A DNA stretch of 35,143 nt, taken from NCBI GenBank assembly GCA_023231475.1, contig JALJEE010000053.1, positions 1 through 35,143 on the forward strand, read 5' to 3'. Of the stretch, positions 1-13,700 are shown in pieces (position 1 is the first letter of the stretch; each line of letters opens with the position of its first letter). Both the position numbers and the translations under genes were made by a program. The DNA comes from Seison nebaliae. Lineage: Eukaryota. Under the pieces are notes generated by a model, which saw nothing but the letters and a program-made list of their open reading frames with translations, ran no database searches and was not told the origin of the DNA.

Positions 1-560
1 TTTGTCCATCCCGCCACATCTTCGTCAGTTCCACCAGAACCATTTTTCTGCTTCAGATTTGCGAAGTTCCGATGTTTACCTGAATCCTTTTTTTGACTAA
101 CGGCATCTTTTTTTAAAAATTGTTCAGAGATAGTATTCGACCTCTTAATCTCTTTTTTTTCTTTTCTTCTTTCTAATCTGTTTCTTTCTCTTATCGATCT
201 GATGACGATTGACAGGTATGTTTTGAATCGGATCAGCAGATTGTTTGTTAGTTGACAGATCAACCATTATGACTTCAGGGTTTTCTTTACCCATACACTC
301 ACTACTACTCCGAACGTTATTAGTTTGGCGGATCATTACAAGCTACGCCATTACCTCCTCCAATGACCGTTCAGAGGCCGCGATCCTTTCAACGGTCGAC
401 TGGACGAGCATCAACAATATTATTATTTACTATTAATATTTTCCGTAATAGTATCCATTCGATCTACTAGTGACGCCAGTTGAGCCTCAATTAACTCCTC
501 AGCAGTAACACCCCAGGTTTTTAATCTCTTCGCAGCTCGGGGGATTTATATCAACTTTTA
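1..560 (-). pseudogene. Decayed coding remnant, possibly ORF1/gag-like of a non-LTR retroelement (runs off window start)
   Basis: Protein-like reading RAAKRLKTWGVTAEELIEAQLASLVDRMD / VQSTVERIAASERSLEEVMA*LVMIRQ...RKKKRKK / KRSNTISEQFLKKD...DEDVAGWT is broken by stops and two frameshifts. Coiled-coil then basic composition. Family assignment is a guess. Confidence 0.3.
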
Positions 561-676
561 AATCGACGAAATAAAAATCCAAAAATTCACATTTGTTCTG
601 TACCACATTTCAGGTTTTTTTTAAAGATGGAAGGAAACGTTTATTATAAAATAAATAGATCTAGTATAGAAAATGT

Positions 677-1601
677 CTATTTCGTGAAGTTCTCATATAA
701 GTGAGTTTTCACTCCATAGTAATGAGTGCCAGCACCAATTATGACGAACAAGTGCCAGATGGCATGAGCGAACGGTATATAACCGTCAAGTTTGAAGAAG
801 ATGATACCGACAAGATAAGCCAATCCGCCAAATGACAATTCGAAAAGACCGGTGGTATAATTGATATGACTCTGAGAATGGAATGGAGTGAATGTTTATG
901 GAATTTGAGAGAGATAATATAAAACCAAATTAATTATTGAAATTGATGGTAATAATCCCACGAAAATGTAGAGGACAGTTTCCAACCATTTATATCTGTC
1001 GAATGGTTTATATAAAATTGAATTTAATTTTTGAATTTTCTAATGAATTTTAACTTTTCGTGAAAAATATATTGATAGGTGGTACCAGATATGGCACCGA
1101 ACCAGATGATGATGACAACACTTATATTGAAAGAGGAAGAGGTATCATTGGTCAACGTTAACCATGGAGTATAAGAGGCGGCAATGAAGATGTAGATCAT
1201 TGTACGATCTAAGTAATGGAAACATTGCTTAAATGGACAATATGTAGAACTTGAAAAAGATGGATTATGATTTTAATTCCGTCGAAAAAATCATTTCAAA
1301 CTTGGCGTTTAATGAGAATAGGTGGAATATGGACGATATGCAAAAGAGAGATATGAGAGCACTTCCATAAATAAGAGTATTGATCCAATGTAAACGAGTC
1401 GTTCCCAATTGGAAGAGTTGTATGATCTCACAAATAACGAAAGGAATAACAATCTAGGAAATTAAATGGAATTAAATTCTACACATTCTCATTATCAATT
1501 CCAACGGAATGCGTCAACAAATTAGCCCAATGTTCGTAGATGGTGGGGACATATGCTGTCATATTCGTTCCAGGTATATTTTTCCAACGTCTCCCGCACA
1601 T
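677..1601 (-). CDS. MMD: Monocyte-to-macrophage differentiation factor (PAQR/HlyIII family 7TM protein), 5 exons, about 235 aa; absent from the ORF track
   Basis: Exons 1601-1506, 1453-1302, 1249-1055, 995-926, 871-677 (708 nt) joined by GT-AG introns of 52, 52, 59 and 54 nt. Motifs [46 protein letters not shown] and [19 protein letters not shown] match the MMD/PAQR family. Confidence 0.93.
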
Positions 1602-2024
1602 AATTCCCTCTTTTACTTCTCAATGAAACAATGCCATCTTTTTCGATCGTCTAATCAGATTGGATTGATTTGAAAATTTTTCGGACGATATTAATCGAGG
1701 AGAAATGGAAATTGATAAATAATTTGGATTTTGTTCAATAATTTCTTTCGTATAAATGAGAGCTTAGCGATCACACAAAAATTGTGGATGATTTCATAGA
1801 TCGATAAGAAATGGAAAAATTTAATTTAATTTCTTTCCAATTCTTTCCATATAAAACAAAATTGAGAGAAATGAAAGTAGAAAAAATTGAAAAATTTTTC
1901 TTTACAAAACGAAATTAATAGAAATGAATTTGAAGAAAAATATTCACAAATACTTTCTTTTCCATCAACGCAAAATGAGAGAACAATTAATATAATTGAA
2001 AATTGGAAGAGATTCGATTGGTTT

Positions 2025-4214
2025 TTATTGTTCGATACATCGCCACAATTTCCTTTTGATATTGAGAATGAATTCATGACAAGAAAGATCACGGACATAT
2101 TGACTAAATGAAAAATGATGATGGAAATAGAAATGAGATAAACTAACAGATAATTCAATTGTTTATTCTTCTTATACTCATATTTCTGGAATAGTGCGCG
2201 AATGGCTATCAACTCATGATAATATTCCATTCCTTCGCACACATCCGTCCATAATTTCTCCATTATCTCATGGAATTTATCCGTCCTCTCATTGAAATAG
2301 AATAGTTGAAGTAGGAATTCATAAGTCATACCGAACACCATATCTTTATTCGCTTCTTCACATGTATCCTGAATAAACTGGTGAGAGAGAATGATAAATG
2401 AAAAATTAGAGGAGATGAAATTGTGGAAATTAACCTGCATCATTTTAATGGCATCTTCGTCATTTTTAATGAATTTGTGAAACATTTCTCGTAATGTGAC
2501 TGGATCGACGGGTAACTCTTTATATTCCACCTGTCATCACCATCATCATCACAAGTTAAAAATGGAAAAATAAAGAATTAGTAAACTTGGCTCGTTTCGT
2601 GATAAGGAGATTTCATACCGAGACCATGAAATATGTTATTCGATACGACATCTTTACGTCGGTATTCGAAGAAACGTTTGGCAGATGGAAGTCGAAATGT
2701 TGTCGTACCATCATCATTCGCGTCAAGAAACTAAGAAATGGAATGAAATTTGGATCAAAATGAAAGAGAAACATTTGTCATATATTTCTCCTTCTGAACA
2801 AATTCCATTAATTTTTTCTGGAAATAAATCGAATCGTTGTTAGTCAATTCGGGCAATTTTATCTTTTCCTGTTTCATTATTTTTCCCATTTGTCCGTCCA
2901 ATTCACGATCATATAAATACCAACTACAAATTAAACATTTAATATATTTTGGAAATTAATCGAATTAACATAAATGCACGAAAATGATCATTTGCCACAT
3001 AATTGAATTGTTCATCACAATTCCGTTTCTTTTCCACAATAATCGGTTCTTCCGATGGAGTATCACTGAAAACGATGAAAATATGAATGAATATCAATAT
3101 GAATAATAAATAGTACCGAAAACAAGCGAAGCTTCCCATATTGGTGAGGGGAATATTTTTATTATCTTTTCCCAGACAATCTTTCCCATAAATCATCGTC
3201 GTTTGTACATTGGGATCATCGAATGGTAATCGACAGAAATTGAATAAATGGAATTCATTCACAGCCAAAAAAACGAGTTCTTTTGCTTTCTGCATTTCTC
3301 GATCAATGAATTCCATCAACGCAAACGGTCCCACCAACATTATATCTAAATCGATCAGCGCAACTAAATTGAGGAGAATCACTTGAAATTCCATTTGAAT
3401 AATTAACGTAACGTGTCGGTTTCTTTGGTCGAAGGAATTTACAAAACTTATAAAATTTAACCATTTCCCAAGGAACATTCACATGACCATGAAAACCGTA
3501 TAAGAGAATGATATTCTCTTCCAACGACGTTCCCATCGGAATGACTTGTCTGTTGGCCACACCAGAATTCTCATACTCCGTACTGACTTTATGCCAGAAA
3601 CGTTTCCTTTTCCCTTTGGCATGACAAATATCCCATTCTTCTTCTGGAACATCGTTCAGATTGATCTTCTTCCTCCTCCTTGACGTCTTTTGCGACGGTT
3701 TCATTACCGTTTTCTTCGATTTATTTTCAATTTGATTTTTCTTCGATTTTCTCTCCACCACTTTTTTCGCTGGCGTTTTCTTTACAGTTTTCACCGATTT
3801 TGAATTGCTTTTCACAACTTTTTTCTTTAGACGTTTCGATGCTCGTTCTGATGGCAATCGATCTTTAGCCGTTCCATTATTCTTTCGAATAATTTCTATG
3901 ATACTTTTCGGTTCCATCGAACCGGTTTGGATACGAGTTCGAGAAGAAACACTAGTAATGGTTTTTGTGGAGTTAGTTGACGGGTTAGTTTCCTCCACAT
4001 TTTCTACTTTAATTTTCTTTATCATTTCATTCGGTGTATCAGTAACGATGGGAATAGTATGGTGATTATGATCATTTTCACAACAACTTTCCTCTTTAGG
4101 TACCTTTACTATATTGTCACCATCAGGATGAGGCATTAATTTCAAACGATAATCTTCTGGAAGGAGATTGGGATCGATGAAATCGTCCGGATATTTAAAC
4201 TCTTCCTCCACCAT
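2025..4214 (-). CDS. Uncharacterised protein, 8 exons, about 614 aa; Lys-rich region then a possible divergent PWWP-like domain and a helical C-terminus
   Basis: Introns 3364-3412, 3066-3116, 2924-2969, 2731-2772, 2531-2586, 2378-2434 and 2104-2147 (all GT-AG, 42-57 nt) give one open 1845-nt CDS. This joins track ORFs 3303..4223, 2939..3478 and 1826..2530. Confidence 0.75.
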
Positions 4215-4461
4215 AACTCTCACAACACACGGAAATAGAGAGAGAGAAGAATAAGAGAAGAGAAGAAATATTTCTAATCGGAAAGGAAAAAATGAAATGA
4301 AATTGCAATTGAAATAATCCTACGTCGTTCTTTATATGTCGAGAAAGGAGTAATGTTGTTTGTACAGAAAAAAGAAACGCGCAAAAAATAAAAATTAAAA
4401 GCAATTTTTTGAATTATTATTTCTCTTGTAAGATACATAGGTGAAAGCGTGTAACGAATAA

Positions 4462-4497
4462 GGAGAGAGAGAGAGAAAGAGAGAGAGAGAGGGAGAA
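4462..4497. repeat. (GA)n microsatellite, imperfect
   Basis: ggagagagagagagaaagagagagagagagggagaa read directly. Confidence 0.9.
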
Positions 4498-4522
4498 ATT
4501 TCAATCAGACACGTGTATCTAT

Positions 4523-6114
4523 TCAATATTTGAACTTGAATGGAAATGGGATTTCAGTCTGATTTTCATTTGTTAATATTAAATTTTTTTTCCGAAACAT
4601 CAATTGGTAAATTTGTTGGAGACGAATGACTGAGAGGACGGAGAGTTTAGTCAGAATGAAATCGAACGATTGAGAGAATCGGTCACGGAACATTTGAGCC
4701 ATCTCGTCGATGAGTTGGGAGCGAAAATCCAATTCTGATTTTTGTCCCATCAATCGCTTCACATGTTCGACATCGGTACGATGGAAAGATTGAATGAAAA
4801 TGAATAAAACAATCATATCGAATAGACATAATTGTCCATCATTGATCTTCGTTATCCGATACGATTTGAGATGAGACGAACAATCGGACAGTATTTTCTC
4901 GTATTGTTCTCGAAACTCCTTTTGACAATTTCTGATGATTGGAGAGAAATCGTCATCGAATCGATTGATTCTCGTCCCATGAGACAATTGATCGATATGT
5001 TGAATTAAAGGAATGTCATCCATTTGATAACGAAGGAAAATGAATGAAATGTAAACGATCTGCTCCAACTGATCACAGAACATGAAAGTAAAAAAATTTA
5101 ATTCTTCCTCGTCCAATTTCTGTTTCTTTTCGATCTTTTTCGGATTTCTTATCAATAGTCTCGTGAATTTAGTTTCTCCCACAATTCGTCTATCCGTCAA
5201 TTTGAGGAAAGAAATATAATTGTCTAATCTCATCACGTAAATACTGTCGGTTGTATCTCGTGCACTTTTCATCGCCAGTGCACAACTTCGAATAAGATGG
5301 AACATTTTTCCAATTAGTTCTCTCACTTCCACTCTCAATCTCTTCCAACTGGTCCGATATTGGAAATGTTCCGACTCACAACCGGTCGAAGTGGCGATGG
5401 ATAATTGTCGTTTAAATAAATCGAATAACGTCATTCGACTGGTAAATGGATCGGTGTTTGATCCACTTAAATTATCATCTACATTCGATCCTTCGAACAA
5501 TTTTCTTTCTCTTATTTCACCTTCTAAATTATTCTCTTCATTCTCCATCGTCTTCTCCACATTTATCCCATAAAAATCGTCGTGAGTTGTCGATGAACGA
5601 TTTGAACTGATATTACTATTAGTCGTTGAATCGATGGATTTATTATCATTATCATTATCATCATCATCATCTTCTTCTTCTTCTTCTTCTTCTTCATCAT
5701 CTTCATCATCCTTATCATCGTCATGATCTTCTATTGTGATAACTTCATTATCATTCACAGTCGTCGAACTGACTATCATTTGAGATTCATCCTTTCTCAT
5801 TTCATCTTCCAATTCCGATTCAGTTCTCGTCGAATCATTTTCTTGAAGATCCGATTCATTTTCCATTTTGAATTTTTTCCATCGTTTCCGCCACGAACGT
5901 TTATCGCCGACAGATAATTTCCTTTTTTTCCGTCGTCTTTTCACCTTCTTATCCACCAGACCTTACTCCCTCAATGATAAATGAGAATTGGGAGAATTGG
6001 AAATGAACTTGCTGTTAATATTTCGTGTTCGTTCTTCTCGTTCAACCAGTCGTCACACGAAGACGGTCCCACACGAAGTTTCCGTTTCAGTTTCTCCAAA
6101 AACAATTTTCGCAT
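4523..6114 (-). CDS. Uncharacterised protein with a basic NLS-like segment, a long Asp/Glu tract and a helical C-terminal domain
   Basis: Open frame 5956-4523. A 47-nt GT-AG intron (5962-6008) would join it in frame to an ATG at 6114 (514 aa). An internal start at MENESD is the alternative, so the 5' end is uncertain. Confidence 0.7.
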
Positions 6115-7065
6115 CGTCCATTGTTGAAATCGATAAATGACACTCTTTACAAGAGTGTGAGTGAAATGGGAAGAATGAAACTAAACTGCACTTTGTGATA
6201 ATTGATCAGTTATGTCATCGATCGATGGATCATGTGTCAACTCGCAAAAAACGATCATATAATTTAGCAACTAAACGGAAATTGGGGAGAATATGTAAAT
6301 GGAGAATGGTTAAACCCAATCACATGTCAATTGAGACAAATGCTCTCCAATCAACGTTATACAATGATCATCTTCCGGATTTCGATTATTTAAAAGAATT
6401 GCAAAACTTTTAATGAAAAAAAAAACGAATAAATTGCGAGGAAGAAAAGGAAATGTGCAACCGATTACGAATTAGAGTACTCTTCAACTCTTTCACCAAT
6501 GTCTCCATATGTCGAACGTTCAGAAAAACATCAACGCTAAACATTTTAAATTATCAGCAAACTCATTCTCTCATCAAATTCCCATTAGAACATAAGGGAA
6601 CTAATCGAATTATTTCAAAATGGCCAACAATTCCTTCAATCTCATCTTTTCCAATAATCACAAAAATTACTCACATTTTATCTCACCTTTTCACTTCCCT
6701 TATCCTTATTCGCCATTTCTCTAAAACTTACAATGATAATTAGAATATGAAATAAATTATAGAATATAATTTTCGATTTGTATCGAAATTACGTCAATTC
6801 AAAGTCAATAAACATTCGATAATTGTAATGCACTCACAAATGAGAATGAATGTGGAAAAAACTAATAAACGTGCATCATTTTAAGACATGATTGAGAATG
6901 TGAATTAAGAGTTGTTTGAAAAAAAATTTTACTCAAAAACTTTTTTTTTCGATATTCCAAAACTTTCAATTGTGAGCTGTCCTTTGAGGAATGGCGTGAT
7001 AAATTTTAAGTGAAATATTTAAAGATAAAAAGAAATTTAGAAATTTAGAAAATTCGTTTTTTAGA

Positions 7066-7710
7066 ATGACTGATAATAAGAAGGAAATTATTCTCTATAG
7101 TTATTGGAGGAGTTCGGCCTCGTGGCGAGTTCGTTTAGCATTGGCCCTGAAGAATATTCCTTACGAATATCGTTCCGTACATCTAGTGAAGGATGGAGGA
7201 GAGCAACATGGAGAGGAATATAAATCATTAAATCCGATGGAACAAGTACCAACGATGATTATCGACGATATGACGTTGACTCAATCGTTGGCGATCATTG
7301 ATTATTTAGAAGAGACGAGAGATGGTCCGTCGTTATATCCAAAGAATAAAAAGGATCGAGCACTGACGATGATGATAAGTGAAATCATCAATTCCGGTAC
7401 ACAACCATTACAGAATTTGACGATTCTCAAAACGATGGATGAAAAGAAAAGGAAAGTGTGGGCGAAGGATGTGATCGGGAAAGGATTATATTCTTGTGAA
7501 GAAATCATGAAGAAATGTTCGGGAAAGTTTTCCGTCGGAAATCAATTCTCTCTCGCTGATTGTTGTCTCATTCCGCAAGTGTATAATGCGTTACGTTTCG
7601 ATGTAGACATGAACCGATTTCCAACCATCACAAAAGTGATGAGTCAATTGAAGTCTCTACCAATTTATGCGATTGCTTCTCCAGATAGTCAGTCCGATGC
7701 TCCGAACTAA
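7066..7710 (+). CDS. GSTZ1: Glutathione S-transferase zeta / maleylacetoacetate isomerase, intronless, 214 aa
   Basis: LYSYWRSSASWRVRLALALK (zeta SSA/SSC motif), LNPMEQVP, TQSLAIIDYLEE, SGTQPLQNL, LADCCLIPQVYNA. Confidence 0.96.
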   Translation: MTDNKKEIILYSYWRSSASWRVRLALALKNIPYEYRSVHLVKDGGEQHGEEYKSLNPMEQVPTMIIDDMTLTQSLAIIDYLEETRDGPSLYPKNKKDRALTMMISEIINSGTQPLQNLTILKTMDEKKRKVWAKDVIGKGLYSCEEIMKKCSGKFSVGNQFSLADCCLIPQVYNALRFDVDMNRFPTITKVMSQLKSLPIYAIASPDSQSDAPN

Positions 7711-8246
7711 TCGACGATTTGTCGTCGATCGAATCCTCTTCACTTCTATTCCATTTCTCCGAATTATTATTATTATTATTATTATTCGTATTAGTTGACG
7801 TTTGCAATTCCATTAATCGATTAGCTTCAATTCTCAAATCCGATTTCTTCGTTTGATGATTCACTAAACTATATTTATTCTTATAACTATTGGGCGAAAG
7901 AAAGTGAGAAAGGATCGATCGAAATAAAAATTCAAATAAATTTTTAACATGTTGAGACGTTTAGTGATTTTTGGTAATATGGAATTCTTGAAGATGTTTT
8001 GAGAAATTAAATAATCGAAATTCTTTTTTCTAGTACTACGCTCGTTCTCTTCGCAAAATAATGATCTAGATTGAACGATGATCTTTCTCAGCAAAGTCGA
8101 ACGTTGGAAAAAGAGGGAAACTTTATACGATTGATTCGATCGTTTTCGACATACATTTCCTCCTTCGCTTTCTTCAACGTCTTCTCGTCCATTTTAGTCG
8201 TTCTACTTTTCTCCTTTTTATCCATAATCCTACCAATCTTCACCAT
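7628..8246 (-). CDS. Orphan basic protein, 3 exons, about 166 aa, with a poly-Asn tract
   Basis: Introns 8066-8121 (56 nt) and 7887-7948 (62 nt), both GTT...TAG, join three short track ORFs into one 501-nt CDS. No family recognised. Confidence 0.6.
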
Positions 8247-8681
8247 TGATCGATAATAATATTGTTCTGGAATCAAATCGATCACAAGAAGATTCAGGTC
8301 GCCGAAAAACGAAGGAGAAATTCAAATTTTGCTTTTTTCAGTATTCTAATTTTTCTAATTAAAATTTCTCCTTTCTGATTTTGCGCTTACCAAAATTTTC
8401 AATCTCTTCAATTTATACAAAATTTCCATACATTGTTTATTCCGTATGGGGACGGTTGTGATAATGATTTACATAAGGAGAATTTCCCTTTTGTTTCCAC
8501 CATCATTTCAGAAAAAAAAACGAAATATTTTTAAATTAAAATTAAACAATTTATCAATCGAATGATCTATATTGTTGTTGTTTATAGATGAAAATAGTCT
8601 TCGCTCATTTCATTTCAATTAAAAAAAAAAAGAGAAAAAAAGATTAAATGTTTATGAAATGTGTAAATGTTTTCGTGAATT

Positions 8682-9636
8682 TTATTCGATGGCATCGCCT
8701 CCTTTTTCCGCAATGAAATTGATTCGTTGTCGGACTAATCGTTGACATTCCTGACAAATGTCCTGACATGAAGTATGTTGTGTACAATGGAGAGTAGAGG
8801 TATCGGTAGCGTCGAAATCTTCGTCTGTCATTTCTGAACCGATACCGGGCAATTGTCGAATTAAACGAAATTTCTCACAAGCAATTCTCAATTTGCGACG
8901 AATCGATTCCAATACCGCCTCCAAATGACGAGAACGAGCTAGTAAGAAGGAATTTTTCGTTCCATTATCCAACTCGTTATATCGTTGATGAGTAAGTAAG
9001 GTAGATGTGTTGATCGAATGTTTCATATGTTCACAACAACGACGAATAACGTCAGGAAAATTATAGTTTTGTCCAATTAATAAGTTGTTGATACTTCCAC
9101 GTTGAGTCATGAGAAATTGACGACATCGTTTCGTCAACTCACTCATCTGATACTCGTCAGATAACTGCAATAATAGAGTGACGTTCTCATCTTGGAATGT
9201 TGGAGGGAAGAAGAAAAAGATGAATAGAATTTAATAATAATTAGAAATGACACAATTTCTCGTCCAACCAAATGAGGAATAAATTAAAGTGAAACAAACA
9301 GGAAATCATTGAAAACAAAATCAAATTCACAATATTCGTTCTCATACCTGAAATCTCTTTATTTGGTGGATAAATAACTTGTAGTAATTCGGAAACGTCA
9401 GAGAACCGTTTCTCCGAAATCGTCACTACATTCGACGATTTCTCCAGGAAATCGGCTTCGAACATTCGCTGAAAAACTGGCGACCACAACGACAAAATGG
9501 ATCGATGACAATGTAATTGTTTCCCCTCCACCACCAACTGTACATCAGTGAACGGTAATTGCTCATCAAAATTAATCAACTGTTTCTTCACCTCATTATT
9601 CGCGTCGGATGAAACGGTTTTCGAATTATTACTCAT
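8682..9636 (-). CDS. BTB/POZ domain protein (invertebrate BTB-MATH/bath-like type), 2 exons
   Basis: FTDVQLVVEGKQLHCHRSILSLWSPVFQRMFEADFLE BTB motif. Intron 9191-9347 (GTATGA...AAG, 157 nt) restores IYPPNKEISDENVTLLLQLSDEYQM. Confidence 0.9.
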
Positions 9637-9943
9637 TCTTTCTCAACAACAACAACAACGGAAAAAAAGTTGATTCTTTGAATACTCTACAATGATTTTC
9701 TGGATATTACGGAAATTATATGGAATAAACATCAGTCATCATTCCCTCGTTCTTTCACTTCATATGTTGTATGAGGAAAATGATTTGAATTATTTATCCT
9801 CTTGAACTTTAAGCATCAAACTTTTAACAAAATTTTATGTATGAAAAATTTTGGGCAAACGACTAACAATGTAAGCTTAAATATTTGTTACGTGGATGAA
9901 TATGATATTGAAATTGATTTTATAGTTTCTTCTTTAATTTTTC

Positions 9944-10008
9944 AAGAAAAAATATTATAAAAATGAATTGAAGAAAAAATATTATAAAAATGAATTAAAG
10001 AAAAAATA
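9944..10008. repeat. 27-bp tandem duplication, about 2.4 copies
   Basis: aagaaaaaatattataaaaatgaatt(g/a) twice plus a partial third copy. Confidence 0.85.
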
Positions 10009-10074
10009 GATAAAAACTCCAAAAAAAATATATTTTCATTAAAAATTTAAAAATTAATTTAAAAATAAATATGA

Positions 10075-10785
10075 AAATGGCTTGTTGGAGAATACTAGGA
10101 AATAATACTAGCCCCGTTCGACAGTAGTAGACATTGTTTTCCTGAACAATTTGTGAGAGTACGGTGTGATGAGTCGATGTTCGTCCATCACTCTAATTTA
10201 CCCGGTAACATGATGACATTCAATTTTCCATCGTGCTTCATCAACATTAAGGACTGAATTAGAAGATAAATGGGTTGCATGTTATTCAAAATAAATTTAA
10301 TGAGGCTTATCTGACGATACGTCTTCCGATCGGCTGTTAACACTTTCCCATATAATTATTTTTAGTCTTTCATGCTTACACGAATAGATCCATTCAATCC
10401 TACGAAAGAAACTAATAAATTCTCAACATACTATTGTTTTCCTTCGAATTCTTCGGAAATCTTTCTTTCTCTACAAACAAATCCGACGGAATTGTCAAAG
10501 AAAAATCGATAAGCAATCTTATTACTAAATATTTGATTGGAATATTGTCATAGAGTAAAGGTCAAATTCAAATTAATTTCATTTATCATATATTATTATT
10601 CGCATGCATCAATAAATGTTTGATCGATTTCGAAAGATATAGTTTCTTTATGGGAAACATCATTCCAAATTAAATGTGCCTCTATCAAAAAACCTCTTCT
10701 TTACCACTCTAAAATACCCGACCATTTACCTTGCAATTTGATTTCTTCTTCTTGCCGAACATTTTCTTTACACAATTTTTTCCAT
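10075..10785 (-). pseudogene. Possible decayed coding sequence of unknown family
   Basis: About 230 codons read protein-like (WKKLCKENVRQEEEIKLQGKWSGILEW*RRGFLIEAHLIWND...) with scattered stops. Confidence 0.25.
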
Positions 10786-13700
10786 TAGGAAATTTTAGAG
10801 AATTTTTACTATTAAAAAAAAGTTGAAATTTCAATTAACACCATCTAAAGAACAGGAACGTCACAGACTGATTATAGGTATAGAGTGATGAACATTTTTT
10901 CAATATTTTTCTCAAACTTTCTACCATGAACTAGAAGATGGAGAAAGAGGTTTGGACCTCTGCCCCTTCAACTATTACTGAAATAAGTGATTCGGAAAAA
11001 TTGTCATTTTAGAATGATTAATCTCTTTTCGTGAATGTTTTTGGAAGACTTGAATTTATGAAAAGATAAGAGAGCCAATAATAAAGAATAAGTAAGATTT
11101 ATTGTTAACATTTGACTGGTGGTGTCAGTTGTCATTCAGACTCATTGTCATTTTGTATGGCGACAACATTTACAATATGATATCTAATTTGAACAATATG
11201 ATTATAGTTTTTGAGGAGTGGAAACGTAAGAGGAAAAATCGTTTTTATTTTTGTTAATGTTTATAGATATGTTGGGCGAATTCATGTATCTGTTACACAG
11301 TAATCTTAAGATGACTTTGATTTAGGTGGAGAATTGTTCGTTCATTGAGTTACGTTCCAATTGATTGAGAAAAATGAATGGGAGTAGGGATTGAATGGAA
11401 TGAAGGAGGGAGAAAGAAGTATAAGTGAAACAAATTAGGAAATCGACGTAAATTGTTCATGGACATAAAAATTTGTTCTTACTCAAATCGACTAACTGAT
11501 TTCAATTGAATTTTCAGAAGTTAATGTTGATTATTGTTTGAAATTGTCCTTCACATACTTCTTATCTTAATAGTCACTATAGTAACTTACTAAATAAGGG
11601 GTGAGAAGTATCTTGATGTATCAATTCGTTAGCGGAAGTTCAATTAATTTCATTGAAACAAGTGAATGTATTGGAAAGATTTCACCTATAATTTCCGTTC
11701 GATAAATGAGCGGCATTCTCAAGGCTCTTTCGCAGACATCTATTCCGATGATCGTTACTTGTTATCAGCCGAGTGAAAAGTGTTTAGGGAGAAAAGTGAG
11801 TTTCTTTTCCATTTTTCATTTTCACCTTCCTTATCTCAAATCCAAGTAGCGACATGGTCAAATTTAACGATACTATCAATTAAACGTCGATGATGCAACA
11901 TCAATCTGTCGTTCGATTATGCACATAACACATTCCATATCTATGTCTGATAAGATGCCTTATAAATCGCTCTTTTATTGATGTTTCATTAGTCATCACG
12001 ATTCCTTCATTAATTCTCCTTCCATCCATCCACTTTTATGGAAAAGAAGTTTTCATAACTAATTTCTCCTTTGAAATATCGAAACATCAACATTTCTCCT
12101 TTCTAATTCGCCTCTTTCATATAGAAGGAAATTCTTTTCTAAATCATCATACTCACCTCCTAATCTTTCAGGTCTGTTCTCGACATTGTTGAGTCAACAA
12201 ATGATTGCATAATCATGTTGCGGTGCAATCACGACTAATCAATGTTATTTCGTCGAAAACTTCTTCTACCATCAATTGTACTTTCTTAGTTGATAAGATA
12301 TTTCTCAACAAATCATTCCAATATGGTTTTTTCACTTTACTTAAATTATATTGTTAATAAGACTGTTTAAATGAAAAATGGGAGAGGGGAATGAAAATTT
12401 TGGAGAAAAAATAAAATTTTGGAAAAAAGATTGAAGGAAAGTTGAAATGAATTGATAGCGACTATGTTACATATGAGTCGCGGGCAAATTTCTAGGTGAA
12501 AACAAAGAAATATAAAAGAAACCGAATAACAACAAAATTTTAATTATTATAGTTATATGTGATCGGTTCTGCTACTTTTCCCGTTCTCATTTCGAATGTT
12601 CGGAACATGTTTCTTACTTTTTCATCTTTCGAACCTTCGTCGCTGCCAATTCCATTGGGAGATTGCCAAATGATTTTTTCTCTTTCGTTTTAACTTCCTT
12701 CAAATATTTTCTCCAATTTCTTATGTTACTCACAAAAGATATCTTGCTATTCTTCTCAGAAATTCTTCAACATCATATTTACCGAGTGGCACCTCTATTC
12801 CGTATAAAAATCAAATTCGTCATTTCAAATGGAGGATACAAAAGATGTTGACGTATTTCTTCATTACACTATTCTTTTCCAAGAACAATATTCCTCCAAA
12901 GAAAGACAGTTAGTTTTTCGGCAAAAGTTTCGCCTCAACATTTCAACCGATTAATATCAATTCAGAACTTCTCCATGAGAAACACATCGATTCGAATCGG
13001 GACATTTCCCATATAAATTTCATCGTTAACCATCATTTTTCCCTTCCCAAAATAATGTGTCGTTGTGAGATTTTATCTTTAACTTCTAATGAAATGTTGT
13101 TTATCAATCATCTGACAGGTCGATATTCAGATGATCTAAATAATCTAATTCTACAATTGTATAATACTAATTCGATAACATTCGATTAATTTTACAGAAA
13201 ACCATCAAATTTCTTATTTATCATCTAAATATAATTTCTCGGAAATACCAACAGTGATATCAAAAAGTTTATCTACGTGAAAATCTCAAGTCGATTAAAG
13301 AGCGAAAAAAGCTTTCCATATTTTTCTAATAGAAATTGCATTACATTCTTAAATTATCATCAATGAATTAAGATGATTGATTTTCTTCCAATTATCATAC
13401 TGAATTGGGAAGAAGAATAATATATTATTCGTTTGGTCTTTTTTTCTCGAACGAAGTAATTGATACCATAAAATGGAACATAAACGGATATGGATAGATG
13501 TTTAAAGGACATAGAAGTTTACGATATATTCGATTATCGTTTTGTTAGTTAATTTGTGTTGGTGAGTTGAAGATCGTTTAATTCGTAAAGGGTAAATATT
13601 AATTAAGGAATGAATAAATGTAAATTTATTGGTGAGTCAATAAAATATCATAATGACAGCAGATGATATTAGGCCTTAGATATTAGGTATTAGATGATAT

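Noticed and set aside
1826..2111. Hydrophobic C-terminal extension of ORF 1826..2530 and plus-strand ORF 1887..2111
   Set aside because: Read-through of intron 2104-2147 and T-rich 3' UTR; the spliced gene stops at 2025
677..4214. Alternative genetic code or stop readthrough to explain fragmented ORFs
   Set aside because: Short GT-AG introns restore full frames, and TAA, TAG and TGA all end genes in this window
10166..10257. C/D snoRNA-like boxes (GTGATGA, ATGATGA, CTGA)
   Set aside because: No terminal stem, no clear D' box and no guide sequence I can recognise; such motifs arise by chance
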